A stretch of 64,000 nt of DNA from Cyanobacteriota bacterium. Lineage in GTDB: Bacteria > Cyanobacteriota > Cyanobacteriia > Cyanobacteriales > Nostocaceae. Location: contig JBJOKS010000006.1 of assembly GCA_046045965.1 (NCBI GenBank), forward strand, positions 112,998 through 176,997, in the 5' to 3' direction. Below are positions 32,197 through 39,608 of the stretch, one piece after another. The translations under genes were made by a program, and so were the position numbers. Numbering within the stretch: the stretch's first letter is position 1; each line of letters begins with the position of its first letter. Below the pieces are notes generated by a model. That model was not told the origin of the DNA. It saw only the letters and a list, made by a program, of their open reading frames with translations, and searched no databases.

Positions 32197-33108
32197 CTAA
32201 CCTAAAAACTTTTCTAAATTCATTCTATCAGGTAAAGAACTCTGCGCCCCTAATTTTGTGGTTGCTAAAGCCCCTGCTGCTGCACCCCAAACCACAGCTT
32301 GATGTAAAGAAAGTTTATGAAAAAGTGCTGCTGCTAAACCTGCATTGAAAGCGTCACCAGCAGCAACTGTATCTATTGCATGAACTGGAAAAGCTGGAAT
32401 AAAGAAACTTTCTTCAGCAGTTGCATAATAAACACCTTTTGCTCCTAATTTTATAATCGCACATTTTACCCCACGTTGTAATAAAATCTTTGCGGCTTTA
32501 GCTGCGGTTTCTTCTCCGTTTACAGGAAAACCTACTAATTGACTTGCTTCGATTTCATTGGGTGTAATAATATCTATTAAGGGGTAAATTTCATCTGCTA
32601 AATGAGATTGTGCGGGTGCAGGATCGAGAATAACGGTAATATTTGCATTCTTAGCGGCTTTGGCTGCTGCAACGACGGTTTCAATAGGAATTTCTAATTG
32701 TAAAAGTATGGTTGTTGCTGTTGGTAATAGAGGGTATAATCTGTTTATATCTTCTTGGTTAACTTGCCCATTTGCACCAGGAATTACAATTATGTGATTT
32801 TCACCTTTTTTATCTATTGTAATAACAGCAATTCCAGAACTGACATTTTTATCAATTAAAATATTTTCAGTTTGGACACCGTAATTTTGCAAATTTTTGA
32901 TGAGTTCTCCACCAAAATTATCAGCACCTACACGCCCGATCATTTGCGTAGGAATTCCTAATTTTGCTAATGCAACTGCTTGATTTGCACCTTTACCTCC
33001 TGGGGTTTGAAAAAAGCTTTCTCCTAGCAATGTTTCACCAGCAATTGGTAAGCGAGGGGCGGTTGCTACTAGGTCTATATTAATGCTGCCAAAAACGATA
33101 ATAGTCAT
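32197..33108 (-). CDS. rbsK: Ribokinase
   Basis: GSINID, PGGKGANQA, PNEIE, DTVAAGDAF. Confidence 0.93.
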   Translation of the reverse strand: MTIIVFGSINIDLVATAPRLPIAGETLLGESFFQTPGGKGANQAVALAKLGIPTQMIGRVGADNFGGELIKNLQNYGVQTENILIDKNVSSGIAVITIDKKGENHIIVIPGANGQVNQEDINRLYPLLPTATTILLQLEIPIETVVAAAKAAKNANITVILDPAPAQSHLADEIYPLIDIITPNEIEASQLVGFPVNGEETAAKAAKILLQRGVKCAIIKLGAKGVYYATAEESFFIPAFPVHAIDTVAAGDAFNAGLAAALFHKLSLHQAVVWGAAAGALATTKLGAQSSLPDRMNLEKFLG

Positions 33109-33275
33109 TTGCCAATAAAGATAATAATTTACTTATACTCTCCCTTTTTCAGAGAGAAATATAACAATGTTATGTAAAACTGCACAGAACCATTAAATCC
33201 ATAATTCATCCTTATTTATCTGCGTCTATCTGCGTTTATCTGCGTTCAATTACCAATCCTTTAATTAAACATCCT

Positions 33276-34340
33276 CTAAGCACGCCATCGCAGTAATATA
33301 CTTTTAACAGGATTGATAAATTCCCGTTTTTCAGATGTAGCACGGGCAAATTCTCGTTTTAATTGATAATACCATTGTGCTTGCATATCTGAATCTTTAA
33401 TTAGTCGTAATACTGGATTGTATTTGAGTCCAATTTGTTGCTTTTCTACTACTGTTCTGTCTTGACCTAGAAATTTTCTGGCTAATATATGAATTAAAGG
33501 TGTGAATATTCTTAACCAAGAAGGTATACCATAAAGGACAAAATTTACTTCTGTTTCTGTTTCGGAAATTGGTGTAACTGCGGTTAAATTACAAACTCGA
33601 TGTTTACCAAAAGTAATTTCTTCAATTCTGACTCCTGGTAAACGAAAAGAAATTTCAACTTCGGGAATTCCACCACCGACTAACCAATATAATCGGCTCA
33701 TGTTTTCCATATTTTCTGACAATTTATGTCGTCGAACTGTAAAGCCGTAATGTGAAGGATCAAATTGTTTAACTTCTTCATGTAAATCGCCGCTTCTCCA
33801 CCACCATACTCGATGCACGTAAGGAGAATGTGCAGGGTCCATTAAACCTGTAACTGCATGATCTATAAAGCAAGGAAACCGCATCACTTCTACTAAGTGG
33901 GGTTGTTGTTCAGGAAAACCAGGAACTACTGGAACGTCTTTTTCTTCAGCATGAATTTGAGATTTTTCATCATCACTCATGTAGATCCAAATGTTGCCTT
34001 GAGTTTCATAGATGGGATATGAATCCACATCAAAGCGTTGCAAATCAATGTTTTGTTCTGGCAATAATGATGGAATTGCTACGCATTTTCCAGCCGGGTT
34101 GAAGCGCCAACCGTGGTAACAACATTCTACTTCTTGACCATCGAATCGACCACAACTTAAGGGTACTGCACGATGAGGACAAATATCACGCACTGCGGAA
34201 ACTTTACCATCTTGGTTTCTCATCAGCAGTACGGGTTCTCCTAAAAAAATCCGCGCTACCATTTTACCTGGTTTAAGGAGATGACTAGGTAGTGCGTAGT
34301 ACCAAAGATTACGTAATAATATGTTATTGTTATCTATCAT
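33276..34340 (-). CDS. Rieske non-heme iron oxygenase alpha subunit
   Basis: CPHR..CCYHGW Rieske motif and DPAHSPYVH iron site. Confidence 0.9.
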   Translation of the reverse strand: MIDNNNILLRNLWYYALPSHLLKPGKMVARIFLGEPVLLMRNQDGKVSAVRDICPHRAVPLSCGRFDGQEVECCYHGWRFNPAGKCVAIPSLLPEQNIDLQRFDVDSYPIYETQGNIWIYMSDDEKSQIHAEEKDVPVVPGFPEQQPHLVEVMRFPCFIDHAVTGLMDPAHSPYVHRVWWWRSGDLHEEVKQFDPSHYGFTVRRHKLSENMENMSRLYWLVGGGIPEVEISFRLPGVRIEEITFGKHRVCNLTAVTPISETETEVNFVLYGIPSWLRIFTPLIHILARKFLGQDRTVVEKQQIGLKYNPVLRLIKDSDMQAQWYYQLKREFARATSEKREFINPVKSILLRWRA

Positions 34341-34440
34341 AAATAGCTAAGATTTAACAGAGGAAAATATCCAAAAATAATCATAAACAACAAGTGTCAT
34401 TTTTAAAAGTTTTATTTCTGTCGATTGCCAAATTATTTTA

Positions 34441-34581
34441 TCAGTAAGGTAATCGCAGTGTAAATAGACTACCTTTGTTTAAGGTGCTGTTAACTTCTAG
34501 TGTTCCTTGATGTGCTGCGGCTATGGCATGAGCTATAGGTAATCCTAACCCAGAACTGCCTGTATTGCGAGAGCGATCGCT
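34441..34581 (-). pseudogene. C-terminal remnant of a sensor histidine kinase (HATPase G2 box)
   Basis: Own translation [46 protein letters not shown]; no start codon, in-frame stop immediately upstream. Confidence 0.8.
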
Positions 34582-34702
34582 TCATATAAACCAAATCGAT
34601 ATAAACTAAGAATTACCACCATCACACCAATTTAAGAAAGCTGGTGTTGGGTTGTGCGATCGCTTAACCCAACCTCAAATTTTCATTGTTGCAGAATATT
34701 CT

Positions 34703-35596
34703 CTATTCTACATTTACCCAAAAGTCTGCGGTTTTGATTTTCCCGTTGCGGTTAAATTGCATCCACATTTTATAAGTTCCTGACTGGGGTAATTTTGTAT
34801 GAAATTCGATTTTCCCATCCGTTGTATTTTTGAGTGCATGAGCATGGATATAATCGGCTTTTGTGAGAGGAGATGAGCTTTTAATAATTACTAAATGCCC
34901 TTTTTCTCCTAAGTAGGATTGTAGGTCTTTAATGGGTTGGTTTTTGTTGTCTTTTAAATCAAATGTAAAAGTTATATCTTCACCTGCTTTGATTTTTTCT
35001 TTAGATGGGTTAAAACTGACTTTAGTATCTGATATGGTTTTAGTTTTTTCATATTTAGATAAACTTTTGGGGAGAGGAACTGAACCAGGAATAGAGATTT
35101 TTGTTAATGATAAAGTTTCTGCTTGTCCCGCTGGTTTATAATCACTAAAAAGTGTATAATCTCCTGGTTGGGGAAAGTTCGCACTCACTTCAAATTTACC
35201 ATTTTCTTTATAGTCTGGGTGAAGATGGTCGAAATGTTCCAAGTCATCACTAACAACTATTAAATGCATGAGTTTTTCTTGGAAGATGTCAAATTTATTG
35301 ACTGGTTTTCCAGCAGTTTCTTGAAGATCAATAACTAACTTAATCGGTTGATTAGCAGATGGGTTTTTAGGTGCTGTTAATTTGGCTTGGGTGGCTATTT
35401 TTGGTTGTTCCTCATGGTGTTTGTGTTCCATTGAGTGTCCTTTATGCTCACTCATAGATTTTGTTTCTTTTTTTTCAGGTTGAGGACTATTTTCATTATG
35501 AGAAATTTGTGCTTCACCTGATTTAATTGTGGATGAACAACTAGGAGCAACTAATAATGTTGTAGCCGCGAAAATACTTACTAAAATACGCTTCAT
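34703..35596 (-). CDS. Secreted His/Met-rich probable metal-binding protein
   Basis: Signal peptide with Cys, MSEHKGHSMEHKHHEE linker, EKLMHLIVVSDDL.HF.H.HP and YLGEKGHLVII..YIHAH motifs. Confidence 0.7.
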   Translation of the reverse strand: MKRILVSIFAATTLLVAPSCSSTIKSGEAQISHNENSPQPEKKETKSMSEHKGHSMEHKHHEEQPKIATQAKLTAPKNPSANQPIKLVIDLQETAGKPVNKFDIFQEKLMHLIVVSDDLEHFDHLHPDYKENGKFEVSANFPQPGDYTLFSDYKPAGQAETLSLTKISIPGSVPLPKSLSKYEKTKTISDTKVSFNPSKEKIKAGEDITFTFDLKDNKNQPIKDLQSYLGEKGHLVIIKSSSPLTKADYIHAHALKNTTDGKIEFHTKLPQSGTYKMWMQFNRNGKIKTADFWVNVE

Positions 35597-35859
35597 TTTG
35601 ATATCCTTTGGGTGTTTTAACTTGTGCTGTCACTTTTGCGTTAGGAATTATCTCATGTTTATCTCCAGAAAGAAGATAAAAATCCAGGTGTGTACCTTTA
35701 TTTTCGAGTTCGGTGACAAATTCTAAATCATATTTAGCAACTTCGACAAATTGACCTCCTTGACGCAGTTTACTATGGTCTATTTTTGCTGGTTATCGGG
35801 TGTTAGTAGCTGCTGGTTAGCTGTTGTTACAAGCACCTAAAAATAATATTCCTATACTA
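35597..35859 (-). pseudogene. Degraded lipoprotein gene of the type found in cyanobacterial metal-efflux clusters
   Basis: Own translation LGACNNS*PAATNTR*PAKIDHSKLRQGGQFVEVAKYDLEFVTELENKGTHLDFYLLSGDKHEIIPNAKVTAQVKTPKG; lipobox, two stops, a frameshift; family assignment from memory. Confidence 0.6.
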
Positions 35860-36344
35860 GTACAGCACGGCGTAAATAAACCAACCATTCTCAATTGCTA
35901 TTTATGAAGCAATTCACTCACAGGAACATCATCACCTGACTATATTTGCATAGGAAAATGAAATTAGAATGAAGAAATTGAAGTTAAAAAATGTGATTTC
36001 AATATTAGGTAATAATTACGGTGTGTTTCAGGTTTATGAAGTCCACCTCTCGCAAACCTTCTTCTTCGTAAGGGTAAAGTTCGCGACAGCGCGGGTGGGG
36101 TATTTTTGTACCTCACAAAGTTGAACTCTTCTGTATAACTTCTCTAAAGCTTCTGCTGAATTTTGTATTAATTCGCTATAAAAAGAGCCAAAATAATAAA
36201 TTAGGTTACAAACAAACCTTCTGTCAACTTAGTGATAATATTCTTTTAAATGCTCAAAATATGGCTTTTAAATCTATCTTTTGATAGTAGATTTATCCCC
36301 AAATTAGGCTTGTTGATTATATACCAAATATGTAAATTTTTGGA

Positions 36345-36449
36345 CACTTCCTATAGGAAGATGACTATAAATAGAAGTAGCTTTAAATTAATCTTGGTGT
36401 GTCGAATAACTGCTTTCTATGGAGGTTTAGCTGCGCTAAACCTTTTTTT
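36345..36449 (+). ncRNA. Candidate sRNA unit A (box 36345-36357, -10 36384-36389, RNA ~36396-36449)
   Basis: CACTTCCTATAGG-N26-TAAATT; terminator AGGTTTAGC-TGC-GCTAAACCT followed by a T-run. Confidence 0.6.
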
Positions 36450-36491
36450 ATGATTTGTCGAATCTGGCAGTAATATTATTTTTTTAAATCA

Positions 36492-36593
36492 TACTTCCTA
36501 TAGACTGATTAATTTAGGAAATACAGTATCTAAATTATGAAAATATAATCTACTTCTACTCAAGGCTTGGTGCAACACCAAGTCTTTATTTTT
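36492..36593 (+). ncRNA. Candidate sRNA unit B (box 36492-36504, -10 36531-36536, RNA ~36543-36593)
   Basis: TACTTCCTATAGA-N26-TAAATT; hairpin AGGCTTGGTG-CAA-CACCAAGTCT then TTATTTTT. Confidence 0.55.
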
Positions 36594-36705
36594 AAATAGC
36601 ATTTTCTTAATTGAAATACTGCACATTCTCAGTCATGGTAGGATTGATAATTGCCATTCTAGGGTAAAATCAGGTCAATCAATAACAGGTTTTATCATAT
36701 TTGTA

Positions 36706-36810
36706 CACATCCGCTAGGTAGATGATAGGAAATATAAGTAAGCTTACATTAAGTAGATATGGTAAACACTTGGTATATATGTGGGCTTGGTTCATCGCCA
36801 AGCCTTTTTT
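36706..36810 (+). ncRNA. Candidate sRNA unit C (box 36706-36718, -10 36745-36750, RNA ~36757-36810)
   Basis: CACATCCGCTAGG-N26-TACATT; hairpin GGCTTGG-N7-CCAAGCC then T6. Confidence 0.6.
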
Positions 36811-36928
36811 GTAGGAAAAAAGCAGTTGAGATTCTTAACTTCTCTAAGCATTCAGCAATATTATTTTTCACGTCTTAATTGTGCGGTATGTTAATTATTA
36901 CTCAGATACAAGCTAAAAATGTAATTTA

Positions 36929-37035
36929 ATTATCCTTTAGGTAGTAGAAATATTGATTTATAGAAAGTATGATTCAGTCTATTAATGCCTGAAAAATGTG
37001 TATTCACCCTGGAATAATATCTAGGGTCTTTTTTT
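36929..37035 (+). ncRNA. Candidate sRNA unit D (box 36929-36941, -10 36968-36973, RNA ~36981-37035); most divergent unit
   Basis: ATTATCCTTTAGG-N26-TATGAT; hairpin ACCCTGGA-ATAATA-TCTAGGGT then CT7. Confidence 0.5.
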
Positions 37036-37124
37036 ATGCAGACTGTTTAACTATATGACTTCTTCAAGAAGTCGTACCTCTCTACTCAGAGTCGTATTTC
37101 ATAGCAGGTTTTATCAATTTTGTA

Positions 37125-37228
37125 CACACCTGAGAGAGAGATGAACTAGAAGAAAACAGAGTTTAAATTAACTATATATGGTAAACACCTGGTATATACA
37201 GAGGCTTGGCTTGAGTCCAAGCCTTTTT
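37125..37228 (+). ncRNA. Candidate sRNA unit E (box 37125-37137, -10 37164-37169, RNA ~37176-37228)
   Basis: CACACCTGAGAGA-N26-TAAATT; hairpin AGGCTTGG-N7-CCAAGCCT then T-run; close paralog of unit C. Confidence 0.6.
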
Positions 37229-37328
37229 CATTCTTTAGATAGATACTTATTGGCTTTTATACTGTTATCTAAGAGCAAATTTAAGAGTTTGACCAAGTAA
37301 TGCTTTATCAGGTTTTGGGGTATTTGGA

Positions 37329-37436
37329 CACATCCTCTAGGAAGATGATCTGTAAGCTGACTAGAACTAAATTAATTTAGTACGTTGTTAAGCACAGCAA
37401 TTATAGAGGTTTGGTTAACAGCCAAACCTTTTTTTT
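37329..37436 (+). ncRNA. Candidate sRNA unit F (box 37329-37341, -10 37368-37373, RNA ~37380-37436)
   Basis: CACATCCTCTAGG-N26-TAAATT; hairpin AGGTTTGGTT-AAC-AGCCAAACCT then T-run. Confidence 0.6.
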
Positions 37437-37660
37437 AATGTGTAAATATCACCCTCAATAAGTAATATTTCCAACTCAGTCATAAAGCAGATGTTTTTTG
37501 AAATTTACTATACTATTCATAAAAAATTATTGATAGCGCAGCTTGATGTTAACCATAAAACAAGAACCCCGACTTCTTTCTTTTCATGGTCTATACTGGT
37601 ACAATGCAAATGTCACTCAAGCAGCGTTTTGTCTGCCGATATATCTCCAGAACATAAACT

Positions 37661-38698
37661 ATGAGTAATCACATCCCCGACTATGATCCTAGCGGTATAG
37701 CAGAAATTAATGGCAATCTCTTGGGTTTACCTTATGATTATGAGACTGCTAATTTAATTGTCTTTGCTGTTCCTTGGGAGGTTACTGTTTCCTATGGTGC
37801 AGGAACAGCTAATGCACCACAGCGAATTTTAGATGCTTCCTATCAAATAGATTTATTTGATTTTGATAATCCTGATGGTTGGAAACAGGGAATTTATTTA
37901 GTAGAAATTTCTCAAGATATTTTAGATAAAAATAATTATTATCGTCAACAAGCCGCTAAAATAATCGCCAGACAATCTGAAGGTAAAGAAATCACAGACG
38001 CACCAGATTTAACACCTGTACTCACAGAAATTAATCAAGCAGGTGAACAGGTAAATCAATGGTTATTTAGCCAATGTCAGCAAGCAATGAATTTAGGTAA
38101 AAAAGTGGCTGTGATTGGTGGTGATCATAGTTCACCTTTGGGTTATTTCCAAGCTTTAGCAAATCAATATTCTGATTTTGGGATTTTACATATTGATGCA
38201 CACGCAGATTTAAGAGACGCTTACGAAGGTTTTGAATTTTCCCATGCGTCAATTATGTTTAATGCACTGAAAATTCCGCAAATTTCTAAGTTAGTGCAGG
38301 TAGGTTTGCGGGATATTTGTATTGATGAAGTGGAAATAATCAACGGTTCAAATAATCGAGTTGTTGCTTATTATGATTCAGCGATCAAACAACAACAATA
38401 TGCGGGTAAAACTTGGATTGATTTATGTCAGGAAATAGTAGGGAATTTACCTGAGAATGTCCATATTAGTTTTGATGTTGATGGTTTAGATCCTAAACTT
38501 TGTCCTAATACGGGAACTCCTGTTCCGGGAGGATTGGAATTAGAACAGGTTTATTGTTTATTTAGGGAAGTTGTGAAAAATGGGAGAAAGATTATTGGGT
38601 TTGATGTCAATGAAGTTGGTGATGCAGAATGGGATGGAAATGTGGGTGCGAGGATAGTTTATAAGTTGGCGAATTTGTTGGATTTATCGCAGAAATAA
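37661..38698 (+). CDS. Agmatinase/ureohydrolase family protein
   Basis: GGDHS, HIDAHAD, SFDVDGLDP, TGTPVPGG. Confidence 0.9.
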   Translation: MSNHIPDYDPSGIAEINGNLLGLPYDYETANLIVFAVPWEVTVSYGAGTANAPQRILDASYQIDLFDFDNPDGWKQGIYLVEISQDILDKNNYYRQQAAKIIARQSEGKEITDAPDLTPVLTEINQAGEQVNQWLFSQCQQAMNLGKKVAVIGGDHSSPLGYFQALANQYSDFGILHIDAHADLRDAYEGFEFSHASIMFNALKIPQISKLVQVGLRDICIDEVEIINGSNNRVVAYYDSAIKQQQYAGKTWIDLCQEIVGNLPENVHISFDVDGLDPKLCPNTGTPVPGGLELEQVYCLFREVVKNGRKIIGFDVNEVGDAEWDGNVGARIVYKLANLLDLSQK

Positions 38699-38753
38699 AA
38701 ACCAGTAAAGAGGGGGGTGTTATAGAATAAAACAAAGCATATTAACTAAGACT

Positions 38754-39296
38754 ATGAAGACACTTGTTAAATGGTCTGTTGAAGATTATCATCGGATGAT
38801 TACCGCAGGGATTTTGAGCGATCGCCCTGTAGAATTACTAGCAGGGGAAATAGTGGAAATGTCTCCAGAAACACCTATTCATTACAACACCGCTAGACGT
38901 GGTACTAAATACCTGGAGGAGTTACTAGCAAGTAAAGCAGAAGTTCGTTTTAATGGTCCAGTTACTTTATCTTCCTCTGAACCAGAACCAGATATAGCTA
39001 TTGTCCGTTTACCAGAGTCAATTTATAATGAACGCCACCCAGAACCACAAGATATTTTTTGGATTATCGAAGTTGCTAATACGAGTTTACAGAAAGATGT
39101 AGATATTAAAGCTGCTATTTATGCGGAAGCAGGAATACCAGAATATTGGGTTTTGAATTTAGCAGCTAAGAATATAATTGTGTTTCGAGAACCGGAAAAT
39201 GGTAAGTATTTGAGTGAACAAATAATTGAGGAAGGGGTGATTATTCCTTTGGCGTTTGTAGATGTTCAAGTGTCAATTGAGAGACTTTTAGGGTGA
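38754..39296 (+). CDS. Uma2-family (DUF820) endonuclease-like protein
   Basis: VELLAGEIVEMSP, EPEPDIA, IIEVA, KAAIYAEAGIPEYWV. Confidence 0.9.
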   Translation: MKTLVKWSVEDYHRMITAGILSDRPVELLAGEIVEMSPETPIHYNTARRGTKYLEELLASKAEVRFNGPVTLSSSEPEPDIAIVRLPESIYNERHPEPQDIFWIIEVANTSLQKDVDIKAAIYAEAGIPEYWVLNLAAKNIIVFREPENGKYLSEQIIEEGVIIPLAFVDVQVSIERLLG

Positions 39297-39608
39297 TGTC
39301 GTTTGAGTAAATGTCTGAATCAGGATGTCCAGGATTTAAGGATTTACAGGATGAGAAAATAATTGAATTAAAAATATATATTATTTGATTTCTACAAATT
39401 TATTATCGTTTTATGAGTATAACTTAATATTGGCCTCAAGCACATTTCTAGCTCTGGCAACAGTTGTCTGTCAGTTCATATTATCCTAATTCTCTATCAT
39501 GTGTAATATTGAAAGTCTGTATGTTTTTCCTTCTAACAAGAAAAGCTCATTTTTGACTGTGATATAATATACAATCAGATGTGCTAAATAATTGTGTGAG
39601 GATGTCTG

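Noticed and set aside
35942..35990. Possible seventh array unit (ATATTTGCATAGG-AAAATGA)
   Set aside because: No TANNNT at the fixed 26-bp distance and no downstream hairpin/T-run.
36250..36453. 67-aa ORF from the track
   Set aside because: It runs across the unit A promoter and terminator, with no recognisable protein features.
36759..37300. Two small ORFs, MVNTWYICGLGSSPSLF... (36759-36878, 39 aa) and MVNTWYIQRLGLSPSLF... (37178-37300, 40 aa)
   Set aside because: Similarity stops at the terminator T-run, there is no RBS, and the other four units lack the ORF. DNA duplication explains them best, though ribosome profiling would be needed to exclude them fully.
36345..37436. Array as NsiR1 or as a degenerate CRISPR array
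   Set aside because: There is no TCCGGA (DIF1) promoter motif and no hetF neighbour. Unit spacing is irregular (147-223 bp), there are no identical repeats, and each unit has its own -10 and terminator. It has no similarity to the I-D repeat.
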